64,000 bases of DNA from Nitrospirota bacterium (GTDB lineage Bacteria > Nitrospirota > UBA9217), in assembly GCA_963749655.1 (NCBI GenBank), contig CAVVOB010000014.1, positions 64,001-128,000 of the forward strand, read 5' to 3'. Under the pieces are notes generated by a model. It was given only the letters and a program-made list of their open reading frames with translations. It was not told the DNA's origin and made no database searches. Numbering within the stretch: position 1 is the stretch's first letter; every line of letters begins with the position of its first letter. Position numbers and translations under genes: made by a program. Below, one piece after another: positions 19,593 through 30,194 of this stretch.

Positions 19593-21819
19593 AAGCGTCT
19601 CTCCAGACAAAGGTCTCCGTCTTCGTCACGCTGACCATTCTCTTCATCAGCTCTTTCGGCACCTACCTCTTCACCTCGGCCCACCACCGGAGCAAAGAGC
19701 GTGAATTCACCGTGCGGGGATCGGCGCTCGCGTACGCGCTCTCCAAGGCTGCCGAGGAAGGCCTTATCAAGGAAGACCTCAACCTCATTAAAAAAGCGTC
19801 GTCGGTCATCAAGGCGCCCGACGTCACACGGGCGCAGGTCTATTCGAACATCTGGGATGCCGTGGATGCATTCCCCCTGGTGGAGCTGAAAACGCCGCCG
19901 GCGCCCGAAGCGATCCGGCATTTCCAGAACTCCACCGAGCCCTTCGTCAGGGTGATCGCCCATGGCTATGACTTCTACCAGCCCATCTTTTTCAGGGCCT
20001 TTGACAATTCCGAGCCCACCACCATCGGGTTCGTCCGCATCACCCTGTCGTCGTCCTCTTTCGAGCAGGAGCTGAACAACATCGCCGTCACCAACATCAC
20101 GGCTTCCCTAGCCATGACGCTCTTGGCGATCCTTGCGATCAACCTGCTGATCCGGCGACTCGTGGTCCGGCCCATCATGTCCCTCCATCAATCCGTCGCG
20201 CAGTTCAAGGATGGAAACGCTCCCGGGGAAGAGGCCCTGGTCCCGGAATCGACGCGCGAGCTCCAGGAGCTGGCCGATGCGTTCCGCGCGATGTTCATAT
20301 CGGTCAGGGAAAACGAATCGAAGCTCATCGAATCGGACCGCAGGATCCGGTCGCTCTTTGAACGGGTGGAGCACGCGATCTTCCGGATCGACGAAAACGG
20401 CGCGATCCGTGAATCCAACGGCCGGTTCGGGCAGCATGTTCGGCGGCGTGACCGAGCTGTGCGACATCCTGATCGGCGACATGAGCGCCTCCACTTGCCT
20501 CAAGCGGGCCGCGGAAACGAACCTGCATATCGAGGACAAGGCCATTACGCGGAACGGCGAGGAGATCGTCATCTCGTTCTCCCTGTACGCGGAACGCAAC
20601 GACGCGAAGGAAATCGTCGGCTTTGACGGCTATATCATCGACATCACGGACAAGAAGAGGCTGGAAGAGCGGCTGATGCGCTCGCAGAAGCTCGAAGCGG
20701 TCGGCACCCTTGCCGCCGGCATGGCCCATGACTTCAATAATCTGCTGACGGCGATCCTCGGCTATTCCGGCATCATGCTCAAGGTGACGAAGGAGGACGA
20801 CGCCTTCCACCGGCCCATCACCGTGATCCACGAGGCCGCAAAGCGCGGCGCCGCGCTGGGGAAAAAGATCCTCACCATCACCCGCAAAGAGAAGATGGAA
20901 GCAAAGCCCGTGGACATCAACGACATCGTCCGAAACGCCGTGGACCTGCTTCAGTCGAGCATGCCGAGGAACATCGAGATCGTGATGCGGCTCGACGACG
21001 TCGCTTCCCCGGACGACGGCGGACCCGTCGCAGCTGCACCAGGTCGTCATCAACCTCGCGGTGAACGCGCGCGACGCCATGCCCGACGGCGGGAAGCTGA
21101 CCCTGGAAACGTCGCTCGCCAATCCGGCGAACGGCCTGAGCGGCATCGTCCCTCCCGGAGGTCCGGGCTTCATCAAGTTCTCGGTCTCCGACACCGGTAT
21201 GGGCATCGACACCACGATGCAATCCAAGATCTTCGACCCTTTCTTCACGACCAAGGACGTGGGCAAGGGCACCGGACTGGGCCTGTACATCGTCCATTCC
21301 ATCGTGAGCAACCACGGCGGCTACATCAACGTCTACAGCGAAAGGAAACAGGGGACGCGCTTCAACATCTACCTGCCGATCACGGCGGGCGCTGCCGCTG
21401 AAGCGCAGCCCGAGACCATGGACATCGCGGGCACGGAAACGATCCTCGTGATCGACGACGAGCCTGATGTCAGGGAACTGTGCAAGGACATGCTGACGCC
21501 GCTGGGCTACACGGTCCTGCTCGCGGAATCAGGCAGCGTGGGCATCAACCTCTACCGCGAGAAGCGCAGCGAGATCGCCCTCGTCATCCTGGACATGATC
21601 ATGCCCAGGATGGGTGGGAACGAAGTCTTCCACGCCCTGCGGACGATCAAGCGTGACGCCTGCGTCCTCCTCTACTCCGGCTACAGCCACAGCAATTTCG
21701 CCGGCATCAGCGACCTGATGCAGAGCGGCGCCTCGGGCTTCGTCCAAAAACCCTTCTCCCTCCAGGACCTCGGCGTGGCCGTGCGAAAAGCCATTGCCGG
21801 CCGCCCGGCGGGAGCGTAA
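19589..21819 (+). CDS. Membrane hybrid histidine kinase (HAMP-PAS-HisKA-HATPase-REC), frameshifts near 20430 and 21010
   Basis: ATGA overlap with the upstream stop; pieces in three frames with AHDFNNLL, NARDAMPDGG, FDPFFTTK, REC. Confidence 0.85.
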
Positions 21820-21878
21820 GCCCCGGGCAGGATCCCATGGCTCGCAAGGAATTGCAGAGACATTTAACGAAAGACCGG

Positions 21879-22310
21879 ATGGAGCATCAAAATTCTCCCG
21901 ACATGAATTTGGCAGGCCCCTGCGGGTTTTATTGCGGTACCTGCAGACATTACCTCGCACGAGCAAAAGGATTGTTAAAGGAAAAGAATCTCAAGCACGG
22001 CTGTAAAGGCTGCCGAGTACAGGATAAAAACTGCGCATGGATCAAAAGAGACTGCGCATCCGTAAGAAGGAAGCAAATAGAGTTTTGTTTTGAATGCGGA
22101 AATTTCCCCTGTGCCAATCTCAAAAAACTCGACCAACGTCATCGTCACGACGATAACGTAAGCCTTATTGACAATCTGCTGCGGATAAAATTGGTCGGCG
22201 CAAGGCAATGGCTCAAGGAGCAGGAAGACAAATGGAGGTGCTCCCGATGCGGAGGAAGCATATGCATCATAGACAGGGAGTGTTATGATTGCGGAAATAA
22301 GATCGATTAA
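21879..22310 (+). CDS. DUF3795-like Cys-rich protein
   Basis: PCGFYCGTC, CKGC, C.IKRDC, FCFEC..FPC, C-terminal CxxC..CxxC. Confidence 0.8.
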   Translation: MEHQNSPDMNLAGPCGFYCGTCRHYLARAKGLLKEKNLKHGCKGCRVQDKNCAWIKRDCASVRRKQIEFCFECGNFPCANLKKLDQRHRHDDNVSLIDNLLRIKLVGARQWLKEQEDKWRCSRCGGSICIIDRECYDCGNKID

Positions 22311-22421
22311 AAAAGGGGGCAGTCAGTTACGCTGAGCGCGTAGAGCGTGAACCCCGGCATGGTTGACGAGGGGCCGTACGGCGGCAAAACGCGACCCGAC
22401 CTGCCGGCTGCCGACCCCTAT

Positions 22422-22522
22422 TCCCCCAAAAATACCAGGTTGCAGTCTGATTTGAATTCCCCGCAATACCCTTAAAATACCCCATCAAGGACGTTGACAT
22501 TTTCTCAGGCCGCGCCTATATT
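22422..22522 (+). promoter_or_regulatory. Sigma70 promoter with two TACCC-type motifs (BTAD regulator)
   Basis: TCCCCCAAAAATACCA (22422); TACCCTTAAAATACCC (22467), 11 bp, TTGACA, 17 bp, TATATT. Confidence 0.7.
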
Positions 22523-22584
22523 CGACCCGATACCGCAGGTGATTCCTAGACCCTTTGGATAATGTGCAGCACTTCGAGAATAGC

Positions 22585-25500
22585 ATGACGAAGCCGACTA
22601 TTGCAAAAATCACCCGCCCGCGTCCTGCCAGATTGTTCCTGCGCAGGCGTCTCTTCCGCCAAATCGACAGGGAGCGGGACCGGCCGATCGTCTGGGTGGC
22701 CGCGCCTGCGGGATCAGGCAAGACCACGCTCGTCACGAGCTGGCTCGACGAGCGTAAAATGCCCTGTCTGTGGTACCAGGTGGACGCAGGCGACGGCGAT
22801 CTTGCCTCGTTTTTCTACTACCTGAACAAAGCCGTAAACAAAGCGGCCCCGCGTCACAGAAAAGCGCTGCCCCTCCTCACGCCGGAATACCTGCAAGCTC
22901 TCCCTCTCTTTACGAAACGCTATTTCGAAGAAGCATTCCACCGCCTCAAGTCCCCTGCCGCGGTCGTATTCGACAACTTCCAGGATGCGCCGCAGGAGTC
23001 CGGCTTTCACGAGATGCTCGCCCATGCGCTTGAATCCGTTCCCCCCGGCGTAACGGTCTTTATCCTGAGCCGTAGCAGTCCTTCCCCGCAGTTTGCGCGG
23101 CTGCAGGCAAACAACAGACTGCAGGTGCTGGGATGGGACGAAATCCGTTTTACTCTCCAAGAAACGAAGGCGTTGGTGAAAATCGGGGGGCGAACGCGCC
23201 TGTCCGGCGAATCCCTCGCCCTTCTTCATAAAAAATTCGAGGGGTGGGCAGCCGGGCTGGTACTGCTTATCGCGGGAAAAAAATTCAAAGCGCTCGGGCA
23301 AGACCTTGAAGAAAGCTTCGAACCGGCGAACGTGTTCGATTATTTCGCGAGCGAGATCTTCGAAAAGACCGATGAAACGGTCCGGTCTTTTCTCCTCAGA
23401 ACCTCGTTCCTGTCCAGGATCGGAGCGGAGATTGCCGGACGTCTGACCGGCAACAACCAGGCCGCGCAGGTCCTGGACAGGCTCAGCCGCAATCATTTTT
23501 TCACCAACAAGCACCGTGACGGCGCCGCGGTGTTTTACCAATATCATCCGCTCTTCAGGGAATTCCTGCAGGCCAGGGCCGAGGCGGTTTTTCCCCCGGA
23601 GGAAATCAATGCCGTCCGCATGCACGCCGCTCTAATCATTGCTGATTCCGGGCAAACCGACGAGGCAATCGACCTCCTGCTTCTTTCCGGCCGATGGGAC
23701 GAAGCCACCAGGCTGATCCTGGCAAACGCTCAGGCGGTCACCGCGCAGGGCAGAAACAAAACTCTCGAAGGATGGCTCAGGCGGCTGCCAGCCGAGCGCG
23801 TGATGCAAGACCCATGGTTGGGTTACTGGCTTGCTCTGTGTCGGATGCTCTTCAATCCGATCGAGGCTCGCCTGCTCCTCGAAAAGGCATTTACGCAGTA
23901 CAACGAACATGACGACGCCATGGGCTTGTATCTGACCTGGGCCGGGATCGTCGATACGTATTTTCTTGCCTGGAATGGGTTCAGCCCGCTTGCGGAGCGC
24001 TGGATTCCCGAGTTCGAGACGTTGTCCAAAAGACATCCCTCCTTCCCGTCGTTGGAAATGGAGGCGCGTGTGACACTCAGTTTCTTCATGGCGCTGTTCT
24101 ACGCGAACCCGCAGTATTCCGATCTGCCGAAGCTGGCGAAGCGCCTCACCCAGATCATGCTCGACAGCGACACCCATTCTTTGCGATTTGCTATCGGGAG
24201 CAACCTCGTCATGTATCACGCCTGGATGGGGCCCAGTGCCGGCGCTGAGTTCATCATTGACCTTCTGCAACCGGCCGTCCGGCGCTCCGACATCGACCCG
24301 CTGGCATTGCATTACTGGTTCGGCATGACGGCGGTATATGCGTCGCTTTCCGGCGACCACGAGGCCTGTCTCGCGAGCATCGCCCGGGGCATCGCGCTCG
24401 GCGAGAAAACGGGCGTGCGTCCGTTCGAGCATACCCTCTGTGCACAGGGCGCCTTCTGCGCCATGACACAGGGGGACATGGCGGAAGCGGACCGTTTTAT
24501 TGCAAAAGTCGCAGCCATTGATTCACCCCGCAGCCTGGACAAGGCCCTTTATCATCACCTCGTCGCCCTGGCGGCATGGCATCGGGGCGATTGGAAGAGC
24601 GCGGCCGAACATGGCGAACGGGCATTGCGTTTATCCGAGAAGGACGCTTTTCCCATAACGATTGCGTTTACGCGCCTCGATCTCGCCGTCACCTGGTTCG
24701 AGATGGGGCGCATATCGGAGGCGGAGCAGGCTCTGGCGCGCGCGCTTACGGAAAGCATCGGCATTATGCGCGTGGAATTCGCCTGCCGGCTGTTCCAGTC
24801 CTGGTTTGCGTTTGAACAGGGCGATGAAGCGCGCGGTATTGCTTCGCTGCGGCAGGCGCTTGCCATCGGCGCCAAGCAGGGCTTTGTCAGCTTCTGGCGC
24901 TGGCACCCGAAGATCATGTCGCGCATCTGCGCACGGGCGTTGGAGGAGGGCATCGAGACGGACTACGTCAGGGATCTGATTCGCAGACGCAGTCTTCTTC
25001 CCGAAGGACTGCTGACGGACGGCGAACAATGGCCCTGGCCCGTGAAGATCAATACGCTCGGCCGCTTTGAGATATTCAAGGACGGGAAGCCCTTCCGCTT
25101 TTCCCGGAAGGCGCCCAAAAAGCCCATCGAGCTGCTCAAGACGCTCATTGCGTTCGGCGGACGAAACGTAAGTGAAACCAGGTTGAACGACACGCTCTGG
25201 CCCGACGCGGCCGGCGACGCGTCGCACCGGGCGTTCAATATCACCCTCATCCGTCTCAGGGAGTTGCTCGGTCTGAAGGAAGCGATCCTTCTCAGGGACG
25301 GGTGCGTTACGCTCGACGAGCGGTATTTTTGGATCGACGTCCGGGTGTTCGAGAGCCTGCTGAATGAAGCGGTCGAAAAAGCGGAACGCGAGCGGTCCTC
25401 AGCCGTCAGGCGTTCATTCGAGAGCGGACGCCGGAGTGTGAAACCCGAACAGGGTCCCGGCTTTTTGCGCAAAGCCTTCAACATCTACAAAGGACCGTTT

Positions 25501-25827
25501 CTTCCCGATGAGAAGGGGCTGTGGGCGATATCCCTGCGCGAAAGACTGAGGGGCAAGTTTCTCGCCCTGATCGAGAAATCAGGCCGCTCCTGGGAAGACC
25601 AAAGGAAATTTCCGAAAGCGCTCGAGTGCTACCAAAAGGGGCTCGAATGCGACGACTTGTTCGAGGAATTCTATAAACGGACCATGATCTGCTACCTGCG
25701 ACTGGGCCGCAAGGCGGAAGCCGTCTCCACCTACCGCAGATGCAAAAAAACGCTCGGCGCCCACGGTCTCGACCCGTCTCTTGAAGCTGAAACAATCTAC
25801 AACAAGCTGATTTCTGAGAAAAAATAG
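22585..25827 (+). CDS. MalT-like STAND ATPase-TPR regulator with C-terminal OmpR-like wHTH and BTAD domain
   Basis: APAGSGKTT, LWYQVDAGDGD, YHPLFREFL, TLGRF, LWPD, YKGPFL, EEFY...YRRC. Confidence 0.9.
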   Translation: MTKPTIAKITRPRPARLFLRRRLFRQIDRERDRPIVWVAAPAGSGKTTLVTSWLDERKMPCLWYQVDAGDGDLASFFYYLNKAVNKAAPRHRKALPLLTPEYLQALPLFTKRYFEEAFHRLKSPAAVVFDNFQDAPQESGFHEMLAHALESVPPGVTVFILSRSSPSPQFARLQANNRLQVLGWDEIRFTLQETKALVKIGGRTRLSGESLALLHKKFEGWAAGLVLLIAGKKFKALGQDLEESFEPANVFDYFASEIFEKTDETVRSFLLRTSFLSRIGAEIAGRLTGNNQAAQVLDRLSRNHFFTNKHRDGAAVFYQYHPLFREFLQARAEAVFPPEEINAVRMHAALIIADSGQTDEAIDLLLLSGRWDEATRLILANAQAVTAQGRNKTLEGWLRRLPAERVMQDPWLGYWLALCRMLFNPIEARLLLEKAFTQYNEHDDAMGLYLTWAGIVDTYFLAWNGFSPLAERWIPEFETLSKRHPSFPSLEMEARVTLSFFMALFYANPQYSDLPKLAKRLTQIMLDSDTHSLRFAIGSNLVMYHAWMGPSAGAEFIIDLLQPAVRRSDIDPLALHYWFGMTAVYASLSGDHEACLASIARGIALGEKTGVRPFEHTLCAQGAFCAMTQGDMAEADRFIAKVAAIDSPRSLDKALYHHLVALAAWHRGDWKSAAEHGERALRLSEKDAFPITIAFTRLDLAVTWFEMGRISEAEQALARALTESIGIMRVEFACRLFQSWFAFEQGDEARGIASLRQALAIGAKQGFVSFWRWHPKIMSRICARALEEGIETDYVRDLIRRRSLLPEGLLTDGEQWPWPVKINTLGRFEIFKDGKPFRFSRKAPKKPIELLKTLIAFGGRNVSETRLNDTLWPDAAGDASHRAFNITLIRLRELLGLKEAILLRDGCVTLDERYFWIDVRVFESLLNEAVEKAERERSSAVRRSFESGRRSVKPEQGPGFLRKAFNIYKGPFLPDEKGLWAISLRERLRGKFLALIEKSGRSWEDQRKFPKALECYQKGLECDDLFEEFYKRTMICYLRLGRKAEAVSTYRRCKKTLGAHGLDPSLEAETIYNKLISEKK

Positions 25828-25867
25828 CCTTATCTCCAAGTCCCCCCGTCAGTTCGATTCTCCCCCA

Positions 25868-25904
25868 ATCCGTATACGATCCGTATATTCCTCCGGGGTA
25901 CACT
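25868..25904 (+). promoter_or_regulatory. 11-bp-period direct repeat ATCCGTATA x2 upstream of a TACACT -10 box
   Basis: ATCCGTATAcgATCCGTATA...TACACT; no clear -35. Confidence 0.5.
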
Positions 25905-25937
25905 GTGTGAAAGTTCCACTGCCTGCGGAGGAATGCC

Positions 25938-26129
25938 TTGGAAAGCTACATCGTGCGCATTTACCGGAATGCCCCGAAAAACTTGCGCGACATTGTCGGC
26001 GTCGTGGAAATTGTTGGCGCTGAAGAAAAAAAGGGATTTACGAACATAGACGAGTTGTGGGGCATCATCAACCCGCGCAAAAAAGGAAGACGCCGGGTGA
26101 AGACCGGGCGCGGAAAACCGAGGAGGTGA
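25938..26129 (+). CDS. Small hypothetical protein
   Basis: RBS GGAGG, TTG start, SYIVRIYR..VGVVE..F..IDELW. Confidence 0.7.
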   Translation: MESYIVRIYRNAPKNLRDIVGVVEIVGAEEKKGFTNIDELWGIINPRKKGRRRVKTGRGKPRR

Positions 26130-26277
26130 TGATCAGCCGATTGTTCGAACAGTGCGGCACCTGTACATGACAGGTTCCACTTTACCACTTCAGTCTGTGG
26201 AAAAATAATCGTTTTGAATGTGCGGTAAGCTGCCGGAAATGGGCTATCAGCAGTACGATGAAAAGTGAAGCATTTCT

Positions 26278-26391
26278 GCCACGAATTTCACGAATTGACA
26301 CGAATTAAATGAATCAAAAGCAAAAGAGAATACAAAATTGCAGAAGCCATCTTTCGCAACTCATTCGTGAAAATTCGTGTTAATTCGTGGC
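26278..26391. repeat. Triplet-arm inverted element (CACGAAT type)
   Basis: GCCACGAATTTCACGAATTGACACGAATT ... ATTCGTGAAAATTCGTGTTAATTCGTGGC. Confidence 0.85.
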
Positions 26392-26488
26392 AGGATATGA
26401 TTGAGGGTTTTTATGAAGATCATCGATTCGCAGCAAGCCGTTTAATCCCGTTCTTTCAACGGGAAACTTTAAAACAGGGAGGAAGAGC

Positions 26489-27569
26489 ATGAAAAAGATC
26501 ATGGCAATAGCAAGCATTGTGTTCGCGGTCGCGGCTCTGCTGTTCGTCGCATGCAGCAGCGGCGACAGCAGCAGCGACAGCAGCGAATCCGACTACCACG
26601 AGGAATTACCTGGGCACCCAGAGCCCGGGCGACGTGTGGTCCTGGACGATCATCACGGACGCGAAGCGGCAACGGAACGTTCACGGCTACGAATGAGACG
26701 CTTAGCAAGGACTACTCAGGAACCGTTTCCACACTGCCGAACAAGTTTCTGAAACTGCTCGTGACCGTGACCACGGACACTCCGTAACGGTGCCGGCCCC
26801 GGTCTATGCCCTGGAGGTGCCGGATACGGTGCTTGTCGTGAAACCGGCGAAGGAAGACAGCAACGTTATTGTTGCTGTCGCACTGGGCAATTGCCCGACG
26901 CAGCCGGCGACATACAACATGGTTGAAATGACAATGCCCGCATGGAGCGCCACGGTGAATTCCTCGTATTCCGTCGCCACGACCACAAACTTCAGCGGTT
27001 CCGTGTTCGATGTCGATGTGCAGTCATATCTCCTGAGCGGGGCCACGGATACGACAAAAACGATAACGGGTTTTTCCTGTTCGAACGGCCGGATCACCAA
27101 CCCCGATGGGGGGACGATGACGATCACGCCCTCGGGCATGGTCATCAACGATAACGGACCCGGACAGGGCGGCGCGTCCGGCATGCAGTCGCCCGCAGCG
27201 AACGTCGATCTGAACGACGTGGTCCTGTCGGGGCGCGAGTACCGCGCCGTGTCGTTCGTAAACGCGAATGTCTCCGGCACCGAAGATGTCAAGCCCCATT
27301 GGGCGAGGTCGAACGGAACGGGCGGGATGACCGGAGGCGATTATTCCGATTTCGAGGCGGGTATCGAGGACGACTTGTCAACGACCTCTACGATCACGTT
27401 CGGCGCTCAGAGCCACCCCGGAGTCGTGAACGGCACGTTCACGGAATCAAGCGGAAACACAACGAACGGCGTGTTCATGATGAACAGGATCAACGGCAAA
27501 TATTTCGTTTATGGGATCAAAGAAGAAAGCAACGGCATGGCCGGGATATTCATCGCGATAGAGCAGTAG
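26489..27569 (+). CDS. Lipoprotein broken by about 3 indels (near 26585, 26664, 26781)
   Basis: Lipobox FVAC; frames join as ..YLGTQSPGDVWSWTI..SGNGTFTATN..VPAPVYALEVP.. Confidence 0.7.
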
Positions 27570-27577
27570 TTTCAATA

Positions 27578-27613
27578 ATCCGGGAGCGGGCTTGCGGGCC
27601 TGCTCCCGGATTT
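27578..27613 (+). terminator. Terminator-like hairpin
   Basis: ATCCGGGAGCGGGC/GCCTGCTCCCGGAT followed by TT. Confidence 0.6.
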
Positions 27614-27653
27614 CTCCAACCGTATTTGTAGCTTACAACGAGTGAATCGCGCT

Positions 27654-27719
27654 GCTGATTCAGACTTGCAGTCTGAACCACCCTTTAAAGTTTGGTTCAG
27701 TCTGCAAGATTGAACCAGC
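27654..27719. repeat. REP-like inverted doublet
   Basis: GCTGATTCAGACTTGCAGTCTGAACC ... GGTTCAGTCTGCAAGATTGAACCAGC. Confidence 0.6.
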
Positions 27720-27789
27720 GCAGGGACTATGAAACCGGGTTCTGATACGAACAGCGCTTTTCGAACAAAACTCACCATTTTCGAAAGGA

Positions 27790-29901
27790 GTGATTATTAT
27801 GAGAAGACCGATCAAGGTTCGTATGCAGGGAAGCGCGAGCAATCTATGGCTGTTCTTGATTGTTTTGTTGCTGTCGGCCATGACCGCATGCAGCAGCGGC
27901 TCCTCGGGAGGCCAGGAAAGCACCACCTCCGCAACTGTTGCGATTTCCATTGATTCATCGTCTCAAGCAGGAAAACTTTCGCCTTTTCTCGGCACTATCG
28001 ACGACATCACGTCCATTACCGTGGATGTTGCGAACGGAGGCGTCTCCGTCATTAGCGACCAGCAGTTGACCTACAGCGGCGGCGTCTGGAGCGGCGCCCT
28101 GCAAGGCCTGCCGATCGGTCCGTCCCTGACTTTTACCGGCCATGCGTACAATGCCTCGGCTGTTGAAATATTCACTGGCACCACGGTACAAACAATGACC
28201 GGAAGCGGCGATGCAGTCAGCATCATCATGACGCCGGTTTCGAACGGGACCGCCCAGATGTATCCCAGGATAACCAGGATCGTTGTTCCTTCGCAAATTT
28301 TGACATCAAATACCGTGACCGTCGGCATATCTCTGGAAGGAAACGACGGAGAGACACTTACTTATGCAACAGCGGCCGCGAACCTGGGAGGCAGCTTCAG
28401 CCCGTCAACCGGCACGATCGACCTGAGCGGGACCGCCGCCACCCTTGTCCTCAGCTATACCGCTCCGTCCACGGCCGGGACCTATACCCACTCCATCCGG
28501 GTGACAAACAGCCAGGCGAACTGGGTGGAGACGGGCTTCAGTACGGTGGTTTCAGCCACCGCCAATCCATCCCCGACCGTGCAGTTTGCTCCCGTGATCA
28601 CGGCGCTGGGCGCCGGCAGAAGCGGGTCCCGCGTGACCTTTACCGCGGAAATCAGCGATGCAGGGCCGCTGAATGAGCTGACCTATTCGTGGGTGTTCGA
28701 CGGCGGACTAGCCTTCGTCAACAACGCCGCAAACCCCGCCGTGCTGCAGGGATACGATGAAACAAAATCAGGGACCGTGACCTTGACCGTCGCGAACGGC
28801 GCGGGAGGCACAACCACGGTCTCATCCTTTCTCGCGCCGGGACTTTTCCCGGACACGGTGGTTGTAATCCATTCACAGAAAGGAGGGGCGATCCAGGGGA
28901 ATAATCTGGACCTCAGCGCGGTGGTTTCGACCTTGACAGGTTCGCCGTCGCAAGTGGGGTGGGCCGACGGAACCGGAGCCGCGGCGAGATTCTACTACCC
29001 CGCCGGTATAACAACGGACGGAACTAATCTTTATGTCGCGGATTCATCCACTTCGGTCATCCGGAAGATCGTCATTTCCACGGGTGAAGTTACGACCCTG
29101 GCGGGCACTTCGCAAGTGTACGGTTCTGATGACGGGACCGGAGCAGCGGCGCTCTTTTATACTCCCTATGGCATCACGACGGACGGCGCGAATCTTTATG
29201 TTGCCGATTCCGGCAATCACACCATCCGGAAGATAGTCATTGCCACGGGAGCGGTCACGACTCTGGCAGGGGCTGCGGGCAGTCCGGGTTGGGCTGATGG
29301 GACCGGGGCGGAAGCGCGTTTTGACTTTCCTTATGGAATCACCACGGATGGGACCAATCTTTATGTTGCCGATTCCACGAACAGAGTCATCCGCAAGATC
29401 GTGATTGCCACCGGAGCGGTTACAACCTTGGCAGGGACCGCAGGCAGTTCGGGCTGGTCAGACGGGACCGGGCCAATGGCGTGCTTCAGCGTGCCTGCAG
29501 CCGTGACATCGGATGGAACTTATCTGTATGTGGTCGACAGCGGCAATCACACCATCCGGAAGATCGTGATTTCCACGGGTGAGGTTACGACCCTGGCAGG
29601 GACTGGAGGCGTGTCGGGTTCGACTGACGGAACTGGAGCGGCGGCGCTCTTTAATACGCCCTATGGCATCACGATGGACGGCACGAATCTTTATATTGCC
29701 GACAGCGGCAACTTTACCGTCCGGAAGATCGTCATCTCCACGGGAGCGGTCACGACCCTGGCAGGGACTGCCGGCGTGCATGGTCCGGTCGACGGGACCG
29801 GAGCAGCGGCAAGCTTCTACTCCCCCTGGGGCATCACCACGGATGGAATCGACCTTTATGTTACGGACTATCTCAACAGCACGATCCGGAAAATAAAATA
29901 A
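27790..29901 (+). CDS. Surface lipoprotein: Ig-like stalk plus NHL-repeat beta-propeller
   Basis: Lipobox MTAC; about six 55-aa repeats DGTGAAA.F..P.GITTDGTNLYVADS.N..IRKI; start uncertain. Confidence 0.85.
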   Translation: MIIMRRPIKVRMQGSASNLWLFLIVLLLSAMTACSSGSSGGQESTTSATVAISIDSSSQAGKLSPFLGTIDDITSITVDVANGGVSVISDQQLTYSGGVWSGALQGLPIGPSLTFTGHAYNASAVEIFTGTTVQTMTGSGDAVSIIMTPVSNGTAQMYPRITRIVVPSQILTSNTVTVGISLEGNDGETLTYATAAANLGGSFSPSTGTIDLSGTAATLVLSYTAPSTAGTYTHSIRVTNSQANWVETGFSTVVSATANPSPTVQFAPVITALGAGRSGSRVTFTAEISDAGPLNELTYSWVFDGGLAFVNNAANPAVLQGYDETKSGTVTLTVANGAGGTTTVSSFLAPGLFPDTVVVIHSQKGGAIQGNNLDLSAVVSTLTGSPSQVGWADGTGAAARFYYPAGITTDGTNLYVADSSTSVIRKIVISTGEVTTLAGTSQVYGSDDGTGAAALFYTPYGITTDGANLYVADSGNHTIRKIVIATGAVTTLAGAAGSPGWADGTGAEARFDFPYGITTDGTNLYVADSTNRVIRKIVIATGAVTTLAGTAGSSGWSDGTGPMACFSVPAAVTSDGTYLYVVDSGNHTIRKIVISTGEVTTLAGTGGVSGSTDGTGAAALFNTPYGITMDGTNLYIADSGNFTVRKIVISTGAVTTLAGTAGVHGPVDGTGAAASFYSPWGITTDGIDLYVTDYLNSTIRKIK

Positions 29902-29911
29902 TATCCCGCAA

Positions 29912-29944
29912 CGAGGGAGCAGGCTTGACGTCCCTGCTCCCTCG
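29912..29944 (+). terminator. Terminator-like hairpin
   Basis: CGAGGGAGCAGG/CCTGCTCCCTCG. Confidence 0.6.
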
Positions 29945-30143
29945 CTATATCCGCATGAGACAAAACTGCACCGAAGAGATATTCCTCAGGAATCCGCGAC
30001 ACTGAATGCCGGGCATTCTGGGGCCAGATCCTTACTAAAATTGTTAAAGCTGCATTTCCTTGGAATGCATCAAGTTGCGTTCGGCTCTCTTTTACCGTGC
30101 TCGCTGGTTCATCGATGGCAATTCGCTGATGGTGAAAAACGAA

Positions 30144-30172
30144 TTGACTTGACGAACCGCTTAACGTATACT
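30144..30172 (+). promoter_or_regulatory. Sigma70 promoter of the fic gene
   Basis: TTGACT, 17 bp, TATACT. Confidence 0.7.
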
Positions 30173-30194
30173 AAACGAACAAAAACGGGCAATC

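Noticed and set aside
22325-22420. GC-rich structured stretch resembling a group II intron 3' end or ncRNA
   Set aside because: No convincing domain V or known riboswitch consensus could be matched by eye
28920-29890. Regularly spaced repeats resembling a CRISPR array
   Set aside because: They are coding NHL repeats of about 165 nt with codon-level divergence; no cas genes
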